This document shows positions 1 through 11,920 of a stretch of 64,000 nucleotides of DNA, piece after piece (the stretch's first letter is position 1; every line of letters begins with the position of its first letter). Source of the DNA: Octopus bimaculoides (lineage: Eukaryota); NCBI RefSeq assembly GCF_001194135.2, contig NC_069002.1, positions 2,828,450 to 2,892,449 of the forward strand, in the 5' to 3' direction. The translations under genes and the position numbers were made by a program. Below the pieces are notes generated by a model. The model was given only the letters and a program-made list of their open reading frames with translations, did not search any database and was not told where the DNA came from.

Positions 1-318
1 AAAATAAGAAAATATCAGAAAATTCATACAAAATATATATTATACGTAGCAAAATATTGCAAAACAAAGCAGAAATTTATATTGTCATATGAATAACAAT
101 AACAATAATATTGATGGAATGAACAACATAACCGTGTACAAATATATAGGCACATCCTAGCATATATATATATATATAGGTATGTGAGTATACATACACT
201 CATATATGTACTAATATACATATATATACACATATTTATATGTATATATATTCATATATACATACATGTATTCATACACATATACATATATATATACATA
301 CATGAATACATTCATACA

Positions 319-322
<4 letters not shown>

Positions 323-408
<86 letters not shown>
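323..408. repeat. (GT)n microsatellite within (TA)/(TACA)-rich low-complexity tract
   Basis: Uninterrupted GT dinucleotide run read directly. Confidence 0.97.
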
Positions 409-411
<3 letters not shown>

Positions 412-1206
412 ACACCTATCTCTACGTATAATATTGCGAGAAAATCACGGAGAGCATATTTAAAACAGCAAGTTACATAGAAAAAATAAATCTTGTATAT
501 TTTTAGTATAAACTTGTTTAAAAATAACATTCATATAATAAATATTTTAATTAAATTACATAAACATATATGTAACATATATCATAAGAAAGTATATGTA
601 AAAAATGTAAACATTTGAAGAAGTAACATTTGAGGGTGAGTATGCTAACGTGTCGATAACCATATATGCAGTAGAACCTTTTCCAGTTATCACATTCAGT
701 AATTAGATAATTGAAAGTGACACCGCCTCTATACGCGATCGATAAATCAACTAGCGTGTTATTTCAGCCATCCACTCTGATGATACAAAATGAAAGCTAT
801 AAGACAGAAGAAGAGAGAGTAGAGGATGGGATAAAAGAAGAAATAACGGTAAAGGAAGACGAGGAAGATGAATAAAGAGAGAATAAGATGAAGGAAAGTT
901 TTGGTGTGTAGGATTGTTTATTGGCTGACAGTTTTGTTAAAATGAGCGGCCGACATATGATCGATCAACTTGCTAAAAAGAACGGTAAAATATCTAACAC
1001 ATCAATCGTTTCTATGTTAAACCAGAGCAAGTTGGACAATACACACTCTGATATTCAAATGAGGGGATTGTTACCAAAGTAAATGCCTTTCACCACCGAT
1101 ATATTCTACTACGACAGACTACGTTGCATTCGGCAACATAGTCGTAGAAAATCTGTTACTGAAGCAGCGTACATCTTACCAAGAAATACTTAATACGAGT
1201 TGATGT

Positions 1207-1254
<48 letters not shown>

Positions 1255-1579
1255 NNNNNNNNNNNNNNNNNNNNNNNNNNNNNNNNNNNNNNNNNNNNNN
1301 NNNNNNNNNNNNNNNNNNNNNNNNNNNNNNNNNNNNNNNNNNNNNNNNNNNNNNNNNNNNNNNNNNNNNNNNNNNNNNNNNNNNNNNNNNNNNNNNNNNN
1401 NNNNNNNNNNNNNNNNNNNNNNNNNNNNNNNNNNNNNNNNNNNNNNNNNNNNNNNNNNNNNNNNNNNNNNNNNNNNNNNNNNNNNNNNNNNNNNNNNNNN
1501 NNNNNNNNNNNNNNNNNNNNNNNNNNNNNNNNNNNNNNNNNNNNNNNNNNNNNNNNNNNNNNNNNNNNNNNNNNNNNNN

Positions 1580-1616
<37 letters not shown>

Positions 1617-1617
<1 letters not shown>

Positions 1618-1654
1618 GGTAATCCCTCGCCATATCGTGGTTCACCTATCGCGG
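1617..1654 (+). mobile_element. pogo/Tigger-like DNA transposon terminal inverted repeat (one end only)
   Basis: CGGTAATCCCTCGCCATATCGTGGTTCACCTATCGCGG follows a (TA)n run and resembles Tigger/MER2/MER44-type TIR starts (CAGTRRTCCCTCG...CGCGG). No matching opposite TIR is seen nearby. Confidence 0.5.
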
Positions 1655-3431
1655 TTTATTATTTAAGTTTTTAAACAGTGAATTGTTGCGGATGTCCACC
1701 AGAATAAAATAGCAATCAAAGAGATCCGTTCGAAACTCAAGGTATTCCTCTCACGATGTATTTTGCGTTTCTCTCACGTGATAGAAACGCAAAATACGGT
1801 TATGTCCTTTACCAAATACCTCTCAGAAGCCATGTTATTGGTTAACTTCACGCTGCTACGGTAGCTATTCCCCACTAAAGTGTGGCACACAAAGATAGCA
1901 TCGCGAATCACATGGTTGCTATGCGAAAGCGTTAACCACGCAGCCGTACGTGCACTCATGGGGAATACAAGAAAGAATTTATATGTATATTAAGGAAAGA
2001 GAGAAAAAAATATCAATTTACAAATGGAAAGAAACCACACAAAAAAATGTGGAATGATAAAATAACAATAAAAGATTGTCTTTAACTGCATATCATCTGA
2101 TAAAATATCTTGACAGCCGTATAAATACGAAAACAACAGTGTATGGAATCATCATCATCACCATCACCGCTATTATCATCATCATCATCAGCTTCATTAT
2201 CATTATTATCTTCATCTTTATCATCATTATCATCACAATCGTCATTAAAATTTTTTTTTCCTAAAATATATTTAAAAGAAACATTAATATATCAGATAAC
2301 AAATTTTAGTAAATAAACAAAATTGCAATAACAAAAAATAAATATGACAAAAATCTTGTAATAATTGAGAAAATATTATGAGAAACCGTAAAATGTTAAT
2401 TTAAAAATATTATATTATGTAAAAACAAAAATGAAGAAANNNNNNNNNNNNNNNNNNNNNNNNNNNNNNNNNNNNNNNNNNNNNNNNNNNNNNNNNNNNN
2501 NNNNNNNNNNNNNNNNNNNNNNNNNNNNNNNNNNNNNNNNNNNNNNNNNNNNNNNNNNNNNNNNNNNNNNNNNNNNNNNNNNNNNNNNNNNNNNNNNNNN
2601 NNNNNNNNNNNNNNNNNNNNNNNNNNNNNNNNNNNNNNNNNNNNNNNNNNNNNNNNNNNNNNNNNNNNNNNNNNNNNNNNNNNNNNNNNNNNNNNNNNNN
2701 NNNNNNNNNNNNNNNNNNNNNNNNNNNNNNNNNNNNNNNNNNNNNNNNNNNNNNNNNNNNNNNNNNNNNNNNNNNNNNNNNNATATATATATATACATAC
2801 ACATTTAAAGAGAGTAGTGACGTATAAAACAGATAAAGATGGGGAATGAGAGAGTTGATTACGCATCAGCTCCAATTCATAACAGGTACGTTATTTCATC
2901 TGACTGTAGAAGGATTAAAGACAAACTAGGCTACGTTAAAGTTTCAGTTCAGAACTAAAAAAAAAGAGCATAAATACATAGACGAACATCTGCCTGAATT
3001 ATTCTGTCTGCTATTTGTAGAACACCTAGAAATAGCAGTCAAATGGTTCAATAGTTCTATCTCGTACATTACAATTATGAGAGATAAGCGAAGAGAGATT
3101 GCGTTGTGCATATAGATTAGAAGTATAATTCCTGATATTTTTAAAAGAAAATACCAAAATGGTTGTTCATAACTGGATCATGTTAGTACATTGATATATA
3201 CACGATCATAGTTGGCCTTGGGCTAAATATTAATAACAGCAGCAGATATTAAATGATGAATAATTACATATTATATAATAACGCATTGTAAAAGCAATAA
3301 AAATATTTTTACGTAACACAAACAACGAATGATTACAGCTGATACAACAGAATATTATTAAAATTAATAAATTATTATTTGATAGAAATTAATATATGCA
3401 ACACTGTGTGTGTGTGTGTGTGTGCGCGTGC

Positions 3432-3493
<62 letters not shown>

Positions 3494-4381
3494 GTGATAT
3501 TGTAAAGTATAAATATAGAAATCACGAAAATGTTATCACATTATTTACTAAATAACATAAACATACAAGAGAAATATGAATAAATAAAGAGAAGCAAAAG
3601 ATTGTTTTTTAAACTAATATATATGCGTGTACATGTCTTTGATTGTATGTGTGTATGTGTGCGTTGCGTGCGTGCGTGCGTGCGTGTGTGTGTATATGAA
3701 CGTTTGCCTGTGTATATCTATGTATTAACAAGTAATTANNNNNNNNNNNNNNNNNNNNNNNNNNNNNNNNNNNNNNNNNNNNNNNNNNNNNNNNNNNNNN
3801 NNNNNNNNNNNNNNNNNNNNNNNNNNNNNNNNNNNNNNNNNNNNNNNNNNNNNNNNNNNNNNNNNNNNNNNNNNNNNNNNNNNNNNNNNNNNNNNNNNNN
3901 NNNNNNNNNNNNNNNNNNNNNNNNNNNNNNNNNNNNNNNNNNNNNNNNNNNNNNNNNNNNNNNNNNNNNNNNNNNNNNNNNNNNNNNNNNNNNNNNNNNN
4001 NNNNNNNNNNNNNNNNNNNNNNNNNNNNNNNNNNNNNNNNNNNNNNNNNNNNNNNNNNNNNNNNNNNNNNNNNNNNNNNNNNNNNNNNNNNNNNNNNNNN
4101 NNNNNNNNNNNNNNNNNNNNNNNNNNNNNNNNNNNNNNNNNNNNNNNNNNNNNNNNNNNNNNNNNNNNNNNNNNNNNNNNNNNNNNNNNNNNNNNNNNNN
4201 NNNNNNNNNNNNNNNNNNNNNNNNNNNNNNNNNNNNNNNNNNNNNNNNNNNNNNNNNNNNNNNNNNNNNNNNNNNATATTCTTAACATTTTTATTATCAG
4301 CATCATCATCATCATCATCAACGTCATCATCACCACAGTATAACCATTTCTGTTACTCTGATGACGATGATGATGATGATG

Positions 4382-4382
<1 letters not shown>

Positions 4383-4434
<52 letters not shown>

Positions 4435-4524
4435 CCTTTCTATTAAAGGCGCAAGGGCCTGAAATTTGAGGGGAGGGAACTAGTCGATTGCATCGATCCC
4501 AGTTGACAACTGGTAATAATAATG

Positions 4525-4583
<59 letters not shown>
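4383..4583. repeat. (AAT)n microsatellites flanking a SINE fragment
   Basis: AAT runs at 4383-4433 and 4517-4583. Confidence 0.95.
4431..4515 (-). mobile_element. SINE family A, 3' half with (ATT)n tail
   Basis: Reverse complement reads TACCAGTTGTCAACTGGGATCGATGCAATCGACTAG...AAATTTCAGGCCCTTGCGCC...TAGAAAGGGTTA, matching the 3' end of the copy at 11921-12137. Confidence 0.8.
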
Positions 4584-4584
<1 letters not shown>

Positions 4585-4884
4585 TGAAGAAGAAAATGTG
4601 ATATTAAATGAGGAGGAGGAAGGGAAAATGAAGGGAGGAGGAAGGGAGTAGTTTGAGTAGGTGGAAGAGAGGGACGAAGGGGTAGGGGACAACAACGACG
4701 ATGACGACGATGGCGATGATGATGATGATAATGATCATCATCTGACGATGAAGAACTCGGTGCGTCGAACGAAGAAAAGACAAGTTTGCAGTTTTCTTGA
4801 GTAAGATTATGGATAGTATACAATATACCTGAATGTATGAGCGATAATACAATCCTGGTACTACATACGCTCTAATTAGGACTA

Positions 4885-5530
4885 AGGAATAAGGAAATTC
4901 ACCCATCCGAGGGCACCTCGTAAAGCCAAGTGCAAATGCTGACCCTTAATTGTTTGCAGGTACATGTTTAGGGTCGATTATTTCCACTCCAACCATTTTC
5001 CCAAAAGTTAGCGATATTCAAATAGAATTCTTGGGACTGGAATGGTGTACAGGTAGGCAAAGGCAAACACCTTCCTGTCTACTCTGATATTCTTTTCGAG
5101 ATAGAACTTCTTATTGTCAAAGATGAAGGCGTCTTTGTTCGTCCCTTCTCATTAGTTTTGTTCTTGTCCAGCGTACGACATTTTTCGACATAGCAACCAG
5201 ACACAGGAAAAAAACTACAGGTCCAGTCCTTTTTGAAGGAGGTCGGGTCGGTGCGCCGATCTCGGTATATTCGGCCGATAATATGATCCGTGATACACAT
5301 GACAAAAGCTGATTAACTTAATTCCCTTGATCAGAAAGGCCCAGAGACTGCACGAATCAGTGCAAGATTTGTTGTGCTCGCATTTGGTACACTCCTGCCT
5401 GACAGCACTTCTGTGCCTGTTGAGGTTTTTTTCTCGAAATAGGTGTGCCTGTCTATAGTACTGTCAGGCTAAGAATTTCTGGACGATGACCATAATAGTT
5501 ACTACCCTGTCCGAAAGTTGTCATTATTAA
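4885..5530 (-). mobile_element. Decayed L1/Tx1-clade non-LTR retrotransposon, ORF2 C-terminus and 3' UTR
   Basis: Hand translation across frameshifts gives QKFLA*QYYRQAHLFREKNLNRHRSAVRQECTKCE (zinc-knuckle region), LSAEY...VFFLCLVAMSKNVVRWTRTK and KFYLEKNIRVDRKV. These match the pattern I recall for Tx1 ORF2 C-termini (AW..YR.ALP.RDKL.RH...CP.C; FL.LVA.AK.VVW.TR; IRV.RK). Confidence 0.75.
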
Positions 5531-5654
5531 TGCAGCCATTTTGTAATCAGTGTTGCTAGAGTCTCACCCCACCCCCGGAATTCTCACAACACATTACTTT
5601 ATTCAACTCTAGATCGGCTCTAAAATAACTACTACTACAAGTAGTAGTAGTAGC

Positions 5655-5690
<36 letters not shown>

Positions 5691-7143
5691 TGTTGTTGTA
5701 GTGTTGTTGATTCTGCTGTTGCAGCTGCTCTTACGAATATTTGTACGAATGTTGCTATTATTACGGCTACTACCAACACTTCTGTTAATGCTGCAATCAA
5801 CATTACACCTGATGTTACTCTCATTACTACTACTACTACTTTTGCTACTATTACTACTACTACTGCTGCTGCTGCTACTATGACTACCACTTCCATCCCC
5901 ACCGCCAGCACTAAATCAAGAACAACAGAAACATTTTAATCAATTTGCTCCTAAATATACTGGAACAGAACTGACATGGAGCAAAGATGATAATGGTGAG
6001 CCTAATGATGATGATGATGATGATGAAAAGGAGGAGGAGAAGGGGAAAAGAGGGGGAAGACGATGATGATGATGAAAAGGAGGAGGAGAAGGGGAAAAGA
6101 AGGGGAAGACGATGATGATGATGATGATGATAGATTTATCGACAATATTCATTACGATGATAAAAAATTTAATATTTTTTCATCATTTCCTTTCTATCAT
6201 AACAGGAATCAACAACTCCGCCACCACCAATACCATCATCACCATCATCATTGTCTTTATCACCATCATCATTGTCATCATCATCATCATCGTCATCGTC
6301 GTCGTCGTCATTACTATCATTATCAACATCAATCACCATCGAAGCTGTCAAACTCATAATCCTCGACATTGACAGATGCGACGACAACAACAGCAACAAG
6401 CACAATACAGTTCTAACAATTATTTTACCATTATTGAAATACGAACACAAAATAGATGCCATTGTGAATACACCAGTTGTATAGTGGTGGTGGTGGTGGT
6501 GGTGGTGNNNNNNNNNNNNNNNNNNNNNNNNNNNNNNNNNNNNNNNNNNNNNNNNNNNNNNNNNNNNNNNNNNNNNNNNNNNNNNNNNNNNNNNNNNNNN
6601 NNNNNNNNNNNNNNNNNNNNNNNNNNNNNNNNNNNNNNNNNNNNNNNNNNNNNNNNNNNNNNNNNNNNNNNNNNNNNNNNNNNNNNNNNNNNNNNNNNNN
6701 NNNNNNNNNNNNNNNNNNNNNNNNNNNNNNNNNNNNNNNNNNNNNNNNNNNNNNNNNNNNNNNNNNNNNNNNNNNNNNNNNNNNNNNNNNNNNNNNNNNN
6801 NNNNNNNNNNNNNNNNNNNNNNNNNNNNNNNNNNNNNNNNNNNNNNNNNNNNNNNNNNNNNNNNNNNNNNNNNNNNNNNNNNNNNNNNNNNNNNNNNNNN
6901 NNNNNNNNNNNNNNNNGGTCTCAGTGATTGTGAGGGTAGACGTAGCGGGTGGTGGTTGTTGTTGTTGTGGTCGTTGTGTGTGCAGGGGTGGTGGAGATGG
7001 TAGCAGGGTGGTGGACCTGATAGTTGGTGAATTTGGTGGTGGTGGTGGTGGTGGTGGTGGCTTTCGGCGGTGTTTCGTAGTGGTGGTGGCAGTGATGGTG
7101 GTAGAGTGGTGTTAGCCGTGGTCGTAGTGTAGGTGGTCGTAGT

Positions 7144-7229
7144 GAAAGGTGGTGAGCTGGTAGAATCATTAACACGCCGGACAAATTGCTTTGCGATATT
7201 CTATCGGCCCTAACGTTCTGTGTTCGATT
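7144..7229 (+). mobile_element. SINE family A, tRNA-like 5' head only
   Basis: GGTGGTGAGCTGGTAGAATCATTAACACGCCGGACAAATTGCTT...ACGTTCTGTGTTCGATT aligns with the heads at 11921 and 54955. Confidence 0.7.
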
Positions 7230-7258
7230 ATGATTCTTATATTATCTTACGTCCATTG

Positions 7259-7300
7259 TCTGGAAATCTTTCGTCACCCACCCGTGACCTCTTCAGCAAA
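7259..7300 (-). ncRNA. Minimal type I hammerhead ribozyme motif
   Basis: Minus strand: UUUG-CUGAAGA-G-GUCAC-GGGUGG-GUGAC-GAAA-GAU-UUC^CAGA. Complete catalytic core, perfect 5-bp stem II, 4-bp stem I (one G-U), loopless near-palindromic stem III, UUC triplet. Confidence 0.65.
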
Positions 7301-7964
7301 TTTTCGTCCCACGTGTCACCACCTGTTTTGTTTAGTCCATTCTCTAAAGACAAAATAAACGAGTAAAGAACGAACATATAGTGTGTCTGCGTGTGTGTTA
7401 ATTTGGCAAGAAATAAAAAGAAAAAAACATGACCATTTCGAAATATAACAATATCTGTTTCAACACACGATTTCACATCAGGAATCTTTGAAAAACAAAT
7501 TTATAAACGTAAATTNNNNNNNNNNNNNNNNNNNNNNNNNNNNNNNNNNNNNNNNNNNNNNNNNNNNNNNNNNNNNNNNNNNNNNNNNNNNNNNNNNNNN
7601 NNNNNNNNNNNNNNNNNNNNNNNNNNNNNNNNNNNNNNNNNNNNNNNNNNNNNNNNNNNNNNNNNNNNNNNNNNNNNNNNNNNNNNNNNNNNNNNNNNNN
7701 NNNNNNNNNNNNNNNNNNNNNNNNNNNNNNNNNNNNNNNNNNNNNNNNNNNNNNNNNNNNNNNNNNNNNNNNNNNNNNNNNNNNNNNNNNNNNNNNNNNN
7801 NNNNNNNNNNNNNNNNNNNNNNNNNNNNNNNNNNNNNNNNNNNNNNNNNNNNNNNNNNNNNNNNNNNNNNNNNNNNNNNNNNNNNNNNNNNNNNNNNNNN
7901 NNNNNNNNNNNNNNNNNNNNNNNNNNNNNNNNNNNNNNNNNNNNNNNNNNNNNNNNNNNNNNNN

Positions 7965-8021
<57 letters not shown>
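7965..8021. repeat. (AG)n microsatellite at gap edge
   Basis: Direct reading. Confidence 0.97.
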
Positions 8022-8024
<3 letters not shown>

Positions 8025-8732
8025 GTAGTGAGTGAAAGAATAACGGGAGGAGAACAGAGACAGAATTGAGCGTATGAGGATAATTCTGGTGAATATCGTG
8101 AAAACCTACGTGTTCATAATAATGCCGAGATTGCGGTAAATCATGATGAAGGCAGCGGCGGCGGTGACGATTTGGATGATGATGATGATGATGATGATGA
8201 TTGTTGTGTGGTTGGCGGTGGTGGTGGTGGTGGTGGAAATAATTACATAAGTGAGATCGTTATTATGTCAATAATAATGTTTATGAAGGTAATCATTTGA
8301 TGATTTCTATAAATTGAACTACGATGAAAATAACAAGGGAGACAACGACGACGACGACGAAGACGTTGATGATGATGATGATGATGGTGATCACGGCCAC
8401 GATCACAACCACGATGGGGTTGATAGTAGTGATGAGGAGGATGAAGCAGAGGGGGGTCGTCTTTCCAAGAGGATGACGACGATGACAGAAACGAAGCAAC
8501 GACGCTGTCCTTGATGATGCGGAAGACGGCGATGATACAATGAAAAAAAAAAAAAGGGGCGGGTAACAATGCTGATGATGACGGTGATGCTGATTATTAA
8601 GAATCAAACAACAACAACAACAACAACAAAAATGAGAGAAGGATGTTGATGTTAGCTGCCTCAGGTTGAAGAATATTGGATGATTTGTGTTGCTGCAAAA
8701 CTTGAGAACGGAACAGCGAAACGAATGAAAAG

Positions 8733-8733
<1 letters not shown>

Positions 8734-8808
<75 letters not shown>
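8734..8808. repeat. (CA)n microsatellite
   Basis: Direct reading. Confidence 0.97.
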
Positions 8809-8810
<2 letters not shown>

Positions 8811-9288
8811 TATATATAAATATGTGTATGTGTGTGTGTATAAATGCATGTATGTATACATATATATATATACATACATATATATACATATATATATATA
8901 TATACATATATACATGCATATATATGTGTTTGTGTGTGTATGCAGATATATATATGTATATATAAATGTATATATCTATATCTACAAATATATATACCTG
9001 TGTGTGTGTGTGTGTGTATCTAACAATAAGAAAGGATTAAAGAACAGAAACTGGGAAAGATAGAGAAAGAGTGAGAGAGAGACAGAGAGAGAGAGACAGA
9101 CAGAGAGAGAGAGAGAAAGAGAAGGGGAGAAAAGGTGTGAAATGATGATTGCGGGAGAGATAGAGAGATGTATAAATGTATAGAGAGAGAACGCTTGAGG
9201 GAAAGTGACGGAGACAGTGAGAGAAAGAAAGCAACAGACAATACAATAGAGAGAAAGAGAAATATGAGAGACAACAAGAGAGTGTGCG

Positions 9289-9329
<41 letters not shown>

Positions 9330-9816
9330 GTTGTAAGTAGAGAAGTAAAGAGAGACGAAGAATAAGGTGCGTGTGTGTATGTGTGTGTGTGTGGAGGAAA
9401 AGAAAAGTGAAGAAAAAGAATGCATGATGACAATTAAGAGAAAAGGATGAAACAAGAAAAATATATATTTTATCAAAAACTTAAAATATAAGATATATAT
9501 AAAAAAAAAAGAAAAGAAAGAAGAGCTGAGATGATGTGTTGATAAAACAAAAAAACTGTAAAAAAAAACTATAAAAATATAGTTTAAATAATGCAGCAAA
9601 TGAAAATATTATCTCACGTTGATTTTTAATTATCTCTTGTCAAAAACATAACATGTTTAAATAGCTTGAATCCATCTAATTATTAAAGCAAAGATTAACG
9701 TTTCACACACGAACACATGCACACTCATACGCACATGTTCTCTCTAACACACATATACACACACGTGCATACATACATTCAGGCATACATACATACATAC
9801 ATACATACATACATAG

Positions 9817-9851
<35 letters not shown>

Positions 9852-10667
9852 NNNNNNNNNNNNNNNNNNNNNNNNNNNNNNNNNNNNNNNNNNNNNNNNN
9901 NNNNNNNNNNNNNNNNNNNNNNNNNNNNNNNNNNNNNNNNNNNNNNNNNNNNNNNNNNNNNNNNNNNNNNNNNNNNNNNNNNNNNNNNNNNNNNNNNNNN
10001 NNNNNNNNNNNNNNNNNNNNNNNNNNNNNNNNNNNNNNNNNNNNNNNNNNNNNNNNNNNNNNNNNNNNNNNNNNNNNNNNNNNNNNNNNNNNNNNNNNNN
10101 NNNNNNNNNNNNNNNNNNNNNNNNNNNNNNNNNNNNNNNNNNNNNNNNNNNNNNNNNNNNNNNNNNNNNNNNNNNNNNNNNNNNNNNNNNNNNNNNNNNN
10201 NNNNNNNNNNNNNNNNNNNNNNNNNNNNNNNNNNNNNNNNNNNNNNNNNNNNNNNNNNNNNNNNNNNNNNNNNNNNNNNNNNNNNNNNNNNNNNNNNNNN
10301 NNNNNNNNNNNNNNNNNNNNNNNNNNNNNNNNNNNNNNNNNNNNNNNNNNNNNNNNNNNNNNNNNNNNNNNNNNNNNNNNNNNNNNNNNNNNNNNNNNNN
10401 NNNNNNNNNNNNNNNNNNNNNNNNNNNNNNNNNNNNNNNNNNNNNNNNNNNNNNNNNNNNNNNNNNNNNNNNNNNNNNNNNNNNNNNNNNNNNNNNNNNN
10501 NNNNNNNNNNNNNNNNNNNNNNNNNNNNNNNNNNNNNNNNNNNNNNNNNNNNNNNNNNNNNNNNNNNNNNNNNNNNNNNNNNNNNNNNNNNNNNNNNNNN
10601 NNNNNNNNNNNNNNNNNNNNNNNNNNNNNNNNNNNNNNNNNNNNNNNNNNNNNNNNNNNNNNNNNNN

Positions 10668-10973
10668 CGGCGGAATTTGAACTCAGAACGTGGCGGTAGA
10701 CTTCGAAATACTGCTAAGTATTTCGCCCGGCGTGCAAACGTTTCTTATTTCTTTATTGCCTACAAGGGGATAAACATAGAGGGGGCAAACAAGGACAGAC
10801 AAAGGGGTTAAGTCGATTACTTCGACCCCAGTGCGTAACTGGTACTTAATTTATCGACCCCGAAAGGATGAAAAGCAAAGTCGACCTCGGCGGAATTTGA
10901 ACTCAGGACGTAACGGCAGACGAAATACCACTAAGCATTTCACCTGGCGTGCTAACGTTTCTGTCAGCACGCC
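10668..10973 (-). mobile_element. SINE family A, head-to-tail tandem (one full unit plus start of the next, running into the gap)
   Basis: GGCGGAATTTGAACTCAG...CGAAATAC..CTAAG.ATTTC...GGCGTGC.AACGTTTCT occurs twice (10669-10745 and 10889-10962). The unit has a B-box-like GAGTTCAAATTCC and the central GTCGACTTTGCTTTTCATCCTTTCGGGGTCGATAAATTAAGTACCAG block. Confidence 0.9.
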
Positions 10974-11920
10974 AAGGAGAGGCGTGAAATTCGAGCGGTG
11001 GAACAAATTCTCAAATAGTCAGCTTCTGATTTAATTTTTAAAAATGTGGTGTGTGTGTGTGTGTGTGTCTATGTCTGTGTCTGTGTGTCTGTGTTTGTTT
11101 GTGTATAGAACTGTATTTTACAAATACGTTTAGCACGTCCGAGCCTTTAGTTACGTACACACAAACCCCTACTTAGTCTTTACAAAAATATAGTCTGTAT
11201 TGACAAAAATTCACACGCACACATCCACACTCACAAGGCAGGCACACACAAACATACACGCACACACACTACACACACACTCATACCCGCTTGGCAGATA
11301 ACGCTAGTTGGATTGGATAAGGCTAAATGGCCGTCTGCGACATTTGGGCTCACACTACATACCTGTAAGGAATACTACGAAACATTTTATCCGACGCTCT
11401 ACCGACTCTTCACACCACCTTACGGATGACCTACACCAATTAATCCCCAAATTAAAGCAGTCGAGCTCGAAGATTGGAATGATGTTGAGAAAATCGTAAA
11501 GGTTCAACAACACGACATGTTTATTCGAACGTTAAAAGAATCAAACAACCACGCCTAATCCACAAAAACAATATTAACAGAACAACTATTTACACACGCT
11601 TGCAAACAAGGAAACAATTACAATCACTTCTGTTTTTTGGGGTTATTTTGTTTTCTTCAGATCTAGCGCTCGTTAGACCGTCTAACCGGTTTCCATGGCG
11701 TATGAACACAACATTCCACCTGAACGGGGCAGAATCGAACATGTCGAAATTTGTAATTATTTTCGAGTTTCACGTTAATTTCTATTCGTGTGTTTATCGA
11801 AAACCTCTATCGCTATACATCGCCAGCATCAACAGTTTTCAGAGAGAAAACCATAAGCAGAGGCTGCAAGTCGCTTACATCACCCCATTACTTGACTAGC
11901 ATATTATTTTATGAAAACCA

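Noticed and set aside
778-800. CTGATGA-TACAAAAT-GAAAG hammerhead-like words
   Set aside because: No stem II pairing between the two core halves.
2839-2891. ATG...AACAG|GTACGT mini-exon (MGNERVDYASAPIHN)
   Set aside because: No pyrimidine tract, no recognisable peptide; expected by chance.
6025-6122. 49-bp direct duplication in a purine-rich tract
   Set aside because: Explained by slippage between (GAT)n runs.
7440-7470. Second hammerhead-like string near the first (minus strand CUGAUGU...GAAAC)
   Set aside because: A9 is replaced by U and stem II is only 2 bp.
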